IMG/VR virus record: IMGVR_UViG_3300035682_001576
Span: 1 to 53,693 of that record
Source of the DNA: a virus
Taxonomy: Duplodnaviria; Caudoviricetes
DNA: 53,693 nt
Strand: one strand, 5' to 3'
The number at the start of each line of letters is the position of its first letter. Within the stretch, counting starts at the first letter, position 1. The notes under the pieces were generated by a model. That model had not been told where the DNA came from and ran no database searches. It saw nothing but the letters and a program-made list of their open reading frames with translations. Below are positions 34,012-43,623 of the stretch, in pieces. Made by a program: the position numbers and the translations under genes.

Positions 34012-34040
34012 ATTATATAGTAAGTTAAATTAATTGTCAA
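34012..34040 (-). promoter_or_regulatory. sigma70 promoter TTGACA-N17-TATAAT at the head of the tRNA array
   Basis: -35 at 34035-34040, -10 at 34012-34017. Confidence 0.85.
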
Positions 34041-34215
34041 GCTATTTTTACTTCTTTGTATAGTTATTTATCCAATCGACAAAATAACTGTATATTATGT
34101 ACATATTTAGCTTGTTTTATCATATCTAAAAAATTATCAGACTTATTCATATCGTACCAATATAAAAATAGCAATGGCTACGATTAGAATAACAAAATCA
34201 AAAACAGTAAACATA

Positions 34216-34734
34216 TTATTTTTGTTCAAATTCAACTAGTGTAAATGACCCACCAGTTTCAGCAATCTTTAATGAAAATTCTGCCAACATACCCATGATC
34301 TTAACTTTATTACCACCAGCTAATCCCATACCAATCATAGGAAATCCAAATCTGGATATTGGGTATTCATGTGCCAACTTTTGTAAGATCAGTTTAAAAC
34401 TATCGTACTCAAATACGTCATTGAACACTTGACCGTTTACGCCAGATCCATTGAAGTTGTATTGAGTGTATGCATTAATAATAACAAACGTACTCTCATC
34501 TGAATTGAAACTTGATGGAGGCATGAAACTTGACAAGGCCATAGTGTAGTTTCCAAGCTTGTTGTAGTCGCCCTGTTTCGTAGAAAGATCAGCCATGTAT
34601 GCCTGTGGATATCGTTCACGAATCTCACGTGCAATACCACTACCCATTGTACAGTGACAATTACAACCTTGTACGATAATATCAAACTCGCCGGCTTCCG
34701 CCATATCAATTAAATTGCCTTTTACTATATTCAT
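34216..34734 (-). CDS. Macrodomain protein (ADP-ribose binding/hydrolase, T4 Tk.4-like)
   Basis: KGNLI, QGCNC..TMGSGIA, NAYTQ, FPMIGMGLAGG. Confidence 0.88.
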   Translation of the reverse strand: MNIVKGNLIDMAEAGEFDIIVQGCNCHCTMGSGIAREIRERYPQAYMADLSTKQGDYNKLGNYTMALSSFMPPSSFNSDESTFVIINAYTQYNFNGSGVNGQVFNDVFEYDSFKLILQKLAHEYPISRFGFPMIGMGLAGGNKVKIMGMLAEFSLKIAETGGSFTLVEFEQK

Positions 34735-34753
34735 TTTTTTCTCAATATAAAAA

Positions 34754-34784
34754 TAAAAGTCTCTTAAAAATCAAGAGACTTTTA
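34754..34784. terminator. Bidirectional terminator-like hairpin
   Basis: TAAAAGTCTCTT/AAGAGACTTTTA inverted repeat after rIIB. Confidence 0.55.
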
Positions 34785-34809
34785 TACTACAAAGTTTCTT
34801 GATTTATTA

Positions 34810-35586
34810 CTATACTTGAACTTCGCCCCAACCATCTACAGATTGATAGTCATTGGCATTTTCCTGTACTGAACTAGTAAAAGCATCTTCAGGATTTACA
34901 CCCAATTCACCTACTACTTCATAACGACAAGTACGACCTTTACTATCATTGTAGTCACTTGGAATACTAACAACGTCACGAGGATTGACTTTGACAATCA
35001 TGGTACGTTCACCACCAAAACTTCGCAAATACTCTTGACTACAAAAATGTAATCCAGTTGAACATGTACGATCTTTGTCATCGTCAACATGATTACGTTC
35101 CATTTCACATACTTTACCTACTGAATTGTCAAACGTACCACTATGAACATCCATATAGTTCTCACGAACTTTCTTGTATGCCAAGAATTGACCGTCAGGA
35201 GTAATTGGAAGATTGTTCTTTTCCAAGAACCGATACAACTCATCAACCGCACGCTTACTTGGGTTAGTCATGAGATTTTCCATAAACAGAACCAATGGTT
35301 CAATTGGAAATCCCTCTTGTAACATACTGATCATACGTGTAGTAAGTGCATTGTGCATTTCACGACCACGCCAGAACAATGTTTCGCCCTGAATCTCAAT
35401 ATTACCTTGACCATAATTTAATACGACCTTCTTTGGTTCAATGATATCTTGAACTGTTACCCAATCACCAGACTTGATGGCATCCAATACCTTTTGATAG
35501 GTAATGTGAGTTTTACTGATTGTATGTGGTTGATTGTTGATAACCACAACGATGTTATTGCCTTGAATTAGAAATGGAAAACTCAT
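34810..35586 (-). CDS. rIIB: RIIB-like protein
   Basis: NPS...ELY.FL....LPIT.DG.FLAYK.V...CSTGLHFCS...VKVNPRDVVSIP.DYN..KGRTCRYEVV. Confidence 0.9.
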   Translation of the reverse strand: MSFPFLIQGNNIVVVINNQPHTISKTHITYQKVLDAIKSGDWVTVQDIIEPKKVVLNYGQGNIEIQGETLFWRGREMHNALTTRMISMLQEGFPIEPLVLFMENLMTNPSKRAVDELYRFLEKNNLPITPDGQFLAYKKVRENYMDVHSGTFDNSVGKVCEMERNHVDDDKDRTCSTGLHFCSQEYLRSFGGERTMIVKVNPRDVVSIPSDYNDSKGRTCRYEVVGELGVNPEDAFTSSVQENANDYQSVDGWGEVQV

Positions 35587-35587
35587 T

Positions 35588-35788
35588 TTAAATATCCTTT
35601 TGTTTGCTTAAATTAAATAATTCTGTTAAATAAAAATTCATTGAAACTTCATTTTCTTCAGTGAACTCATTTTGACATTCACATCTGATAGTATAATACA
35701 TATTGATAATGCGGTTGCTATGATCAACGCCTACCCGCACACTCTTGCGAACTAATCTCTTAAAAATCCAACGTTCAAATTTGTTCAT
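35588..35788 (-). CDS. Hypothetical protein between rIIA and rIIB
   Basis: ORF track, coupled to neighbours. Confidence 0.6.
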   Translation of the reverse strand: MNKFERWIFKRLVRKSVRVGVDHSNRIINMYYTIRCECQNEFTEENEVSMNFYLTELFNLSKQKDI

Positions 35789-37998
35789 GTTTGATTGTCT
35801 ACTAGGTTAATATACTCTGCAATTTCTTTATGTTTATTATAATTATCACCATATGTAGAGATCAACTTTAACATAGGATAATTATTATATACTTTTTTAC
35901 ATTCTGAATCTAATTCAGTTGCAATTTTATGAATCTTTACTTCAACTTCTGGATTAAATCTTTTTAATAATCTGATTAATGAATGAGTATATTCAACTTT
36001 TTTAATGTCTTTATACTGTGTCACTAGTGTTTTGTATTTACTATTACTATTAGTAATATCAGAAATAATAGTACTATTATACTTTAAAAATTCATACTCG
36101 TCAAGCTTTGACTTGACCAAACTTGTAATTGTACTTTGGTCCAAATTTGTCAATACTGATTGAATATGACTTTCCAAATTAACCCAATTTGGTTGAGATT
36201 TAATAAATTCCAAATCATGTTTACGAACACCATAAACATCAATATAATTAAATTGAAGTAATTTACTTGATTTAAGTAATTCGGCAATTTCTTGTGCCGA
36301 CATATGATGTTCAAGAGTGGGAATCATTTCAAACCCACGAAGTTCAAAATAGTAATATGTTTTGGATTTATCAAAGTCATTTGATTTACCTGCATCACGC
36401 CATCGTAAAGTTCCACCATCATTACGTTTGTAATAAGTAGTCCCTTCATCTTTACGTTGTAGTTTCATAATTGTTACGTTACCACCACGTACATTAAGTG
36501 CACGAGGTTTTTCCAACAAGTTTGACACTTGAACAATTTTACTTGGATTATAAATCTTCTTGAAAAACTCCTTAGTGTTCATCTCCTTGGTTTTATCTTC
36601 AGGAATCAATAGATGAACATGTTGACCGTTTGTGTTTGATACGGGTGATTTAAATGTACGATAATGATATTTTGTTCGCTCAATTGGACCAACTTTAATA
36701 TCACCAATAACAAATACAGATTCAGAATCAGAAGAAACTGAATGTTCATATTCAGTGCGAACAATTCGTGTAGGATCATTAACATCTTTAATATATACAG
36801 AACTTGGTTTTTGTTCAACCATTTGAACTGTACGATTAATATCTTTACGATATGATTTAAGTTTAATGTTATAATCTTTGGCTAATTTCTCCATTGACAA
36901 TTTAAAAACTGTCGCTTGAAGACCCCAATTTTGAACTTGAATTAATGGGAATTTAGTCGTTTTGATATAATCACTTACAGATTTAGTCCACAATTTACTA
37001 CGAGATTTGTCCATTAAAAATGCCGAACGATCCCATAAATTGTCAATCTTATCAGCCTCAGTTGCCACATACACTGTCAATTGATCACTGATTTGTTGTA
37101 ATTTACGCTTGATGGCATTAATAGTTTGTGGGATATATGACAAACCTTCACGACTAGCCTGAAAATCCAATTCACCAATTTCAAATTCAATATGTAAACC
37201 ACATGAAAGCAATGATGCCAAATCACCCAATACAGTTGATGCGTTTGGAACTTGAATTGGATAAGCAATATTACCCATAATTGCTAAACAACTATAAGTT
37301 CCGAACTTACTACGTTCATTGACTTCATGAACTCCGAGAATAATATCACGAGTTTTGAATTCAATTTCACTAATTTTAAAATCACTACTACCACTAACTA
37401 CTGGTTGAAGTTTAAAATGACTATAAACATGAGCAGCTTCTTCTTTGAATTTGCTGTAATCATAACGATCATTAACAGAGAATTTAACTTCTACGCCATT
37501 TGGTTCTTTAGTAGATTCTTCCATCATTTTGGCAATACTGGGAACACCCTCGCCATTAATAAATGCCGAATAGATACCCTTAGTGCCATTCTGAATTGCA
37601 GTTACAGTAAAGTTATCAGTATAACTAAATGGACTTTTACTACCCAAACCTAAGGCGCCAATATACGCATTGCTATCAGTCTTTGTACTTTCAAAGTATG
37701 TAGTATAAATATTGACCACTTGATCATAACTTAAACCCACGCCATAGTCACGAATAGCAAACCATGGTTCCATAGCATTGGGAAGATGTACATCAAATGG
37801 AGTTGTATTGCGATTAGCCGCAACATGACTATCTACTGCATTACATGACAATTCACGAATGATGGCACGAATTTTGTTAGAGTACAATCCACTGGATAGA
37901 ATACTAAACGCTTTGGCACTATTACGAATACGAAATTCGCCAACCTCGCCCACATTGGACAAAATAGCTTCATGTTGAGGTGCTGAACTTAATTTCAT
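35785..37998 (-). CDS. rIIA: RIIA-like protein (GHKL ATPase N-domain)
   Basis: LYSNKIRAIIRELSCNAVDSH, IRDYGVGL, STK...IGALGLGSKSPFSY; adjacent to rIIB. Confidence 0.92.
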   Translation of the reverse strand: MKLSSAPQHEAILSNVGEVGEFRIRNSAKAFSILSSGLYSNKIRAIIRELSCNAVDSHVAANRNTTPFDVHLPNAMEPWFAIRDYGVGLSYDQVVNIYTTYFESTKTDSNAYIGALGLGSKSPFSYTDNFTVTAIQNGTKGIYSAFINGEGVPSIAKMMEESTKEPNGVEVKFSVNDRYDYSKFKEEAAHVYSHFKLQPVVSGSSDFKISEIEFKTRDIILGVHEVNERSKFGTYSCLAIMGNIAYPIQVPNASTVLGDLASLLSCGLHIEFEIGELDFQASREGLSYIPQTINAIKRKLQQISDQLTVYVATEADKIDNLWDRSAFLMDKSRSKLWTKSVSDYIKTTKFPLIQVQNWGLQATVFKLSMEKLAKDYNIKLKSYRKDINRTVQMVEQKPSSVYIKDVNDPTRIVRTEYEHSVSSDSESVFVIGDIKVGPIERTKYHYRTFKSPVSNTNGQHVHLLIPEDKTKEMNTKEFFKKIYNPSKIVQVSNLLEKPRALNVRGGNVTIMKLQRKDEGTTYYKRNDGGTLRWRDAGKSNDFDKSKTYYYFELRGFEMIPTLEHHMSAQEIAELLKSSKLLQFNYIDVYGVRKHDLEFIKSQPNWVNLESHIQSVLTNLDQSTITSLVKSKLDEYEFLKYNSTIISDITNSNSKYKTLVTQYKDIKKVEYTHSLIRLLKRFNPEVEVKIHKIATELDSECKKVYNNYPMLKLISTYGDNYNKHKEIAEYINLVDNQT

Positions 37999-38009
37999 TT
38001 AATTATTCC

Positions 38010-38303
38010 TTAGTTATGCCATGTGCGATGACGTTCTGCCACCCATTCATGACCATCATAATCTTCAATATACCAATTTACATCATTGGGAATTTCCACG
38101 ATTTTCAAATTAGCAAAAGAACCGTTTGCCATTCCACCCATTTCTTCTACAACCTGAATCAACGCATCATCATCACGAGGAATATCGCGATCATAAAATT
38201 CATCAGCCTTAGTCATTGTCAAATCAGCCAGTTCTAGATAACGAGCAATAGCCGCATCTGACAAACAAAAACCACCATGACAAGCATTAATTACTACTTT
38301 CAT
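38010..38303 (-). CDS. Conserved phage hypothetical protein
   Basis: MKVVINxCxGGF.LS...RDD..LIQVVEE...LKIVEIP....YI..YDG.E. Confidence 0.8.
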   Translation of the reverse strand: MKVVINACHGGFCLSDAAIARYLELADLTMTKADEFYDRDIPRDDDALIQVVEEMGGMANGSFANLKIVEIPNDVNWYIEDYDGHEWVAERHRTWHN

Positions 38304-38305
38304 AA

Positions 38306-38710
38306 TTACTCCAAAATGTAAGGTTTGTTCCAAAGACCAACATTGACATCCACATACCAACCCACATCAAAATAATCGGTCATAATGTCGCTATTGTTAT
38401 GATTACCCATATTCATAACAGTAAAAACTTCTTTCAAAAATGATTTTGCATTTCCAGAAAAATGATCATGATACCAGTATGGATTAACTGACAAACATGT
38501 AGAGCGCATCATTTTATCACCAAGATATTCTGGACGCTTAGAGCGAATATCCTCAAAGTTTTTGATAAAATCAATTTTGCCGGATTTGATGTTCAAGACC
38601 AGTGTAGAGTGATTACGAACAGCCAAGCTACCTTTAACGCCATACTTTTTAAGAATGGATTTGAGTTCTGGGGCAATTTTCGCTTTACGCTCTTGATTCA
38701 TATAAGCCAT
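38306..38710 (-). CDS. Early hypothetical protein
   Basis: ...SDIMTDYFDVGWY...; own promoter and SD. Confidence 0.8.
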   Translation of the reverse strand: MAYMNQERKAKIAPELKSILKKYGVKGSLAVRNHSTLVLNIKSGKIDFIKNFEDIRSKRPEYLGDKMMRSTCLSVNPYWYHDHFSGNAKSFLKEVFTVMNMGNHNNSDIMTDYFDVGWYVDVNVGLWNKPYILE

Positions 38711-38798
38711 TTTATTTCCTTTTCTCAGTGTATAGATGTATTATATCAGATAATGAAATTATTGTCAAACTCGAAGTGTTGTATTTTTACAACACATT

Positions 38799-39047
38799 TT
38801 ATTCCGCGATCAACTCAAGTGCTGGATCAATGATATCATAGGCTCCGTTGTCATCCGCGAAACCTTGTTCGGCCGCAAAATCAACACTGCTACTTTGAAA
38901 CATTTCATCGGCAAGAGTAACGCCGTTTTCCTGTAGAATATCAACCAGCTGTTTGCTGTCACTTGCCACGCCTACCAAAACTTGATTGATAGAAACTGTT
39001 ATCTGACCATCTTTTGCATCAAAAAATACAAATCTTGATTTAGACAT
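38799..39047 (-). CDS. Early hypothetical protein
   Basis: ORF track; own promoter and SD. Confidence 0.7.
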   Translation of the reverse strand: MSKSRFVFFDAKDGQITVSINQVLVGVASDSKQLVDILQENGVTLADEMFQSSSVDFAAEQGFADDNGAYDIIDPALELIAE

Positions 39048-39107
39048 GTTTTCTTTCCTTTGTTTCTCTAGTTTAAGTATGTATTTTACAGTAAAACCGA
39101 TTTAATG

Positions 39108-39422
39108 TCAAGCTACAACTTTACTATTGGCAACTTCCAATAATTGACCCGCATATTTGCAGATTCTAGGGACGCCTTTAGCGTTTGGTTTCAACCAATA
39201 TGACAATTGCTTTTCTGTCAGATACCCACGAGCCGCAAAGAATTTAGCCATGGAAGTTCCCATAAAAGCATCAGCCGGAGTAAAGCCTTCGCCATTACGA
39301 TTTACTGTAGATTCGGAACTTTGTTCGCCAAGAGTTTGACGATTAAACAGAGCAATTAAAGCACGACCCACTGCCTTGTTATTGGTAGTAAGTAAAGTAA
39401 CGATTTGTTCTTTAGTAATCAT
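39108..39422 (-). CDS. Early hypothetical protein
   Basis: RQT..EQ....T...NG.GF...DA...S motif; own promoter. Confidence 0.75.
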   Translation of the reverse strand: MITKEQIVTLLTTNNKAVGRALIALFNRQTLGEQSSESTVNRNGEGFTPADAFMGTSMAKFFAARGYLTEKQLSYWLKPNAKGVPRICKYAGQLLEVANSKVVA

Positions 39423-39504
39423 GTTTTTTCCGTTTTCTCAGTGTATACAAGTATTATACAGAAATATTGATTTATTGTCAATAAAAAGTGTTGTAAAAAT
39501 ACAA

Positions 39505-39726
39505 CTAAGCCACTTCACGATTTAGATCACAAACACGGGTAATTTGAGAATGTTCCAAAATCACTGAATCCCGCTCAGCCCCATAAACGTTGATTGAGGA
39601 ATCAAGTTTAATATGATGATGAACACGTCCGCCATAAGCTACACGACTAAGTGTAACTTTACCACTAACGGGAAAGTCACCCATATAAGTACCGAACACT
39701 TGCATTCCTTCAAGATGCCAACTCAT
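39505..39726 (-). CDS. Early hypothetical protein
   Basis: ORF track; own promoter and SD. Confidence 0.7.
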   Translation of the reverse strand: MSWHLEGMQVFGTYMGDFPVSGKVTLSRVAYGGRVHHHIKLDSSINVYGAERDSVILEHSQITRVCDLNREVA

Positions 39727-39802
39727 ATTTTTGTCCTTTTCTCTAGTTTAAGTATCTATTATACATGAAAATGGATTTACTGTCAATTAATTTGTTGTAT
39801 TT

Positions 39803-39931
39803 TTACAACGATTTAAGTTGTGATAGTTTGACGATTTCACGAGTTCCATCAGGTTTTCTAATAGAAATCACGCCATTGTTGTCAACAATAACACGAACCA
39901 AACGTCCAGAAACTTTGTCAATTGCAAACAT
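39803..39931 (-). CDS. Small early protein (42 aa, not in ORF track)
   Basis: MFAIDKVSGRLVRVIVDNNGVISIRKPDGTREIVKLSQLKSL, with AGGA SD and a promoter cassette. Confidence 0.6.
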   Translation of the reverse strand: MFAIDKVSGRLVRVIVDNNGVISIRKPDGTREIVKLSQLKSL

Positions 39932-40022
39932 ATTTTTATCCTGTTTTCTAGTTTATGTATCTATTATACAGAAATATGAATTTGTTGTCAACTAATTTGT
40001 TGTATTTTTACAACATTTAGTA

Positions 40023-40955
40023 TCAGAGATTTTTTATCTTTTTTGTCTCAAGATCACTAAGACTCCAACACTGATTTGTTACACATAATACAGGTTCAGT
40101 GGTGATTTCAAAATCGGTATATATTGACCCAACTTTTCTTCTCTGAGCACACATACTATCAAACATATTTCCATTCCAACCAATATCTAGATGTTTAGTT
40201 TGATTATAGCATGTCCATCCAGTAAAATCATTATCTTGTGAAGTTAATAATTCAGCCGGACTTGTTGAATGTATTTTAACATTATCTTTATTATAAAATC
40301 CAATTGTTTTAAATGTTGATATTTCAATATTATCATTGATCCACGTAAGTTGATCTTTGGTATAAGTTGATAATAGTTTTGAAGTTTTGGATCCAAAATT
40401 TTCTACTAATGGTTTAATATTTACTGATATATTGTTGTTTAGTAATTCATGGTATGATGTCACACAGTCGGCCCATCTATCAGGAATCATGGTTAAATTA
40501 ACCGATCCATTCTTTTTTTTATCATGATAAATTAATTTTGCGGTTTTTAAAAATCTATCTAAATTAGCAAATTCAGTATGAAATGTCAAAGTTACTGCAT
40601 GTAGATTATCTATAATTCTTTCCCAGAACGGGTATGGTCTAGATCCGTTTGATATTACACTAAGTTGTATATTACTGGGAACTTCATTGACTATTCTTTC
40701 AAACTCTGGATGAAAAGTTGGTTCTCCACCAGTAAATTTAATATGAGTTTCCATTGGCATCTTAGATAATTTGTCAATTGTTCTTTGAATCACATCAATT
40801 GGTTGATATTTAACTGATCCATCATGAAACATACTAGGACAATAACTACAATGATAAGTACATATATTGCCCAAAGACCAATAAACATAGAATCTTTGTC
40901 TATTTTTATTTTCAATATAGTATACTGATTCATCATTTAGTTTAAAAGTTGACAT
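40023..40955 (-). CDS. Radical SAM protein
   Basis: CTYHCSYC, TGGEPT, SNG, C-terminal Cys cluster. Confidence 0.88.
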   Translation of the reverse strand: MSTFKLNDESVYYIENKNRQRFYVYWSLGNICTYHCSYCPSMFHDGSVKYQPIDVIQRTIDKLSKMPMETHIKFTGGEPTFHPEFERIVNEVPSNIQLSVISNGSRPYPFWERIIDNLHAVTLTFHTEFANLDRFLKTAKLIYHDKKKNGSVNLTMIPDRWADCVTSYHELLNNNISVNIKPLVENFGSKTSKLLSTYTKDQLTWINDNIEISTFKTIGFYNKDNVKIHSTSPAELLTSQDNDFTGWTCYNQTKHLDIGWNGNMFDSMCAQRRKVGSIYTDFEITTEPVLCVTNQCWSLSDLETKKIKNL

Positions 40956-41061
40956 TTAGGATCCTTATTAATATATATTTATCATTACAAATAACGTAAC
41001 TATTTTTGTTGTATTATAATGACAGTATAAATAGTATTATAAAATCACTGTAGGGAATATT

Positions 41062-41679
41062 TTGACTAATTTACATCATAAACTGCTTGGCACTCTTCCG
41101 ATTGAGATAGTTGAAAAATTAAAATCAATGATTCTCAAACATCATGATGATCAAACTACAAAAAAATTTCAAAGAATTGAATTTGATGAAGAAATTTTAA
41201 ATTATCTCAAGACTTTAATAGTCTCTGATATGATAGTTCAAAAAAGTATAGATGGGAAAATGCATATTCAAAAAGTATTCTATAGTGAATCTGATTTTGT
41301 TTATCCTATTCATAAAGATGGAGTTAAATGTCGTAGTGCGTTAAACATTGTTTTACAGTGTAATGATGATGATTGGACTAGATGGTATGATGATACTACT
41401 GTTTTATCAGAAACTGAAACTCAAACAAAATTTTCTACTAGCGGATTTTCATCTCGTGATACTTCTTTATCTGTTAATGTCATTGAAAATTTGAAATTTG
41501 TTGAAGAATTTAAAAGTAAAGTCGGAGATGTTTATCTAATTGACGTAGATACTTTTCACACTTGGAAATGTTCTGGTCCAAATTCTCGTATAGTAATTCA
41601 GACTAAGTTTGCAGGATTTCCAACATTTGATCAACTATGTCATAAAATTTCGTTTGATAATATTATAATTAAACAGTAA
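41062..41679 (+). CDS. Fe(II)/2OG oxygenase-like
   Basis: IHKDG..C.SALNI...DVDTFH..KC.G...RI.IQTKF; close paralog of 44872..45489. Confidence 0.65.
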   Translation: MTNLHHKLLGTLPIEIVEKLKSMILKHHDDQTTKKFQRIEFDEEILNYLKTLIVSDMIVQKSIDGKMHIQKVFYSESDFVYPIHKDGVKCRSALNIVLQCNDDDWTRWYDDTTVLSETETQTKFSTSGFSSRDTSLSVNVIENLKFVEEFKSKVGDVYLIDVDTFHTWKCSGPNSRIVIQTKFAGFPTFDQLCHKISFDNIIIKQ

Positions 41680-41794
41680 GTAATACATTGTAATTTTCCA
41701 ATGATTTTTAATATATGATAAATATATATACAATGTATTGTATATAATATACAATGTATTGTATATAAATACTTTTGTTAATAATGAGGATAAT

Positions 41795-42112
41795 ATGTAT
41801 CATACTGTAACTGTCACAATCAAACGACCAAATATATATTCTAATTTTTGGTATGAATCTGAGTATTATCAATCGATCAGATTAGAAGTTTTAACATTGT
41901 TTAATAAAGCTGTTGATAATCAACAAATCTTAGATTTTTATCAAAATGAATCATCTGATCAATTGGTATTTACTAGATTTACTATATTCAAAGATGAAGA
42001 ATCTAAAATCACATTTATGAATGAATTTGATAAAAAATTTACCGAGTACGATATAAATCGTCAGACTTATTGTTCAGATAATGAACATAATTTAACAATA
42101 ACTGAAGAGTAA
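41795..42112 (+). CDS. Hypothetical protein
   Basis: Likely start MYHTV after a GAGG SD. Confidence 0.65.
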   Translation: MYHTVTVTIKRPNIYSNFWYESEYYQSIRLEVLTLFNKAVDNQQILDFYQNESSDQLVFTRFTIFKDEESKITFMNEFDKKFTEYDINRQTYCSDNEHNLTITEE

Positions 42113-42114
42113 TA

Positions 42115-42885
42115 TTGTTGAATAATGTGTTTTCCGTTTCAAAAAAATCACTTATATTATATCAAATATTAGCACACTGTGCATTCATTATAATGTTATT
42201 GTACGGGACTGTCATTGAATGGTCTATTGCATTAGGAATTTATATATTGATAAGCACAGTTGGCGGAACCGTTATCTATCATAGACTATTATCACATAAA
42301 TCATTTAATTCTCCAAAGTGGTTTGAATACATAGGTACAATATTGGCCACCATTGGTGGAAACGGAAGCGGCATTACTTGGGCTGCTATTCACAGAGAAC
42401 ATCATCGTTATACTGATCAGAAAAAAGACCCACACTCTCCTAAATATCATGGATACTTTAAGGTTCAATTTTTGTCAATGTTAGATAAACCTAACATAAG
42501 ATACGTTCCAGATTTACTAAGATCAAAATTTCATACGTGGATGCATCAATATTATTGGATAGTTAACATTGTTTATGTAATTACAATAATGTTATTTGAT
42601 CCGTTTGCTATAATTTATGCTTATTTTGTTCCTACTCTTATGGTATGGCATGCGGGAAGTTTGATCAATACATTAAATCATTCAATTGGTTACAGTAATT
42701 ATAAAGTTAACAATGATAGTACTAATAATATTATAACTGGTTACTTAGTAGGAGGTGAAGGGTGGCATAATAATCATCATGCCGAACCTGCCAACCCTAA
42801 TTTTGGCAGACGCTGGTGGGAGTTTGATTTAGGATATTTAATTATTAAACTAGTAGATCAAAAATCACTTGAGTTAAAATCTTGA
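42115..42885 (+). CDS. Membrane fatty-acyl (delta-9-type) desaturase
   Basis: His boxes HRLLSH, HREHH, HNNHH; DPHSP; WWEFD. Confidence 0.92.
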   Translation: MLNNVFSVSKKSLILYQILAHCAFIIMLLYGTVIEWSIALGIYILISTVGGTVIYHRLLSHKSFNSPKWFEYIGTILATIGGNGSGITWAAIHREHHRYTDQKKDPHSPKYHGYFKVQFLSMLDKPNIRYVPDLLRSKFHTWMHQYYWIVNIVYVITIMLFDPFAIIYAYFVPTLMVWHAGSLINTLNHSIGYSNYKVNNDSTNNIITGYLVGGEGWHNNHHAEPANPNFGRRWWEFDLGYLIIKLVDQKSLELKS

Positions 42886-43623
42886 TTTCTTTTTAAAGGG
42901 AATCAAATCATCTAATCCATTGACCCCTATTACTAAATGAACTCTATCTGAGTTGCCTTTATTAATAGCAAAATGTTCAAATCCCACATTTATATAATAT
43001 AGATGACCATCTGATGGAATATGAAAATATTCAAAATCAGATTTTGGATTTTTTCTAATGGCAATATAACATTCATCATTAGTTTCCAGTGCTAAATGAT
43101 ATCTAACTCCATATCCTACATTGTTATCAATATGTGGTTTAATATCAGCGCCTGATTTCAATCTAGCAAATCTTGCACGAGTTACTTTGTTTTTGAAACT
43201 ACTTAATATCTGTTTAGTATACTCAAGATCATCAATGAACGATCTAAATTTTCCGTAATTCTTTTCATTTTGTTCAGCAACGATTTCTAATACATCTTTT
43301 TTGTATCTACCGTATTTTTGATTGAGACTTTTATCGGCAATTTCTTCTACAGTTTGTTCTGAAATTCCAACATATGTTTCTTTGTCAAATTCAGTCAGTA
43401 CTATTTGATTATAACTACTGAATGATCCATCCGGGTCGGCAAATTTTGCAAGAAGATGCTCTCTGTTCTTTATTAGAGATTCATAATACTTTGTTTCCGG
43501 ATTAATATCCAGCCAATTATTTCTAGTTTCTAACACCGACAGTTCTCTTTTGAGCAAGTTCAAATCTATCTTCATCGGCATTTTTTGAAACAGTGGAAAA
43601 TCTTTTCTGTCTAGTTTGTTCAT
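42874..43623 (-). CDS. AspH-like Fe(II)/2OG oxygenase
   Basis: RARFA.L.....IKPHID...RYH..L.TN...H...N.G...RVHLV. Confidence 0.78.
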   Translation of the reverse strand: MNKLDRKDFPLFQKMPMKIDLNLLKRELSVLETRNNWLDINPETKYYESLIKNREHLLAKFADPDGSFSSYNQIVLTEFDKETYVGISEQTVEEIADKSLNQKYGRYKKDVLEIVAEQNEKNYGKFRSFIDDLEYTKQILSSFKNKVTRARFARLKSGADIKPHIDNNVGYGVRYHLALETNDECYIAIRKNPKSDFEYFHIPSDGHLYYINVGFEHFAINKGNSDRVHLVIGVNGLDDLIPFKKKSRF

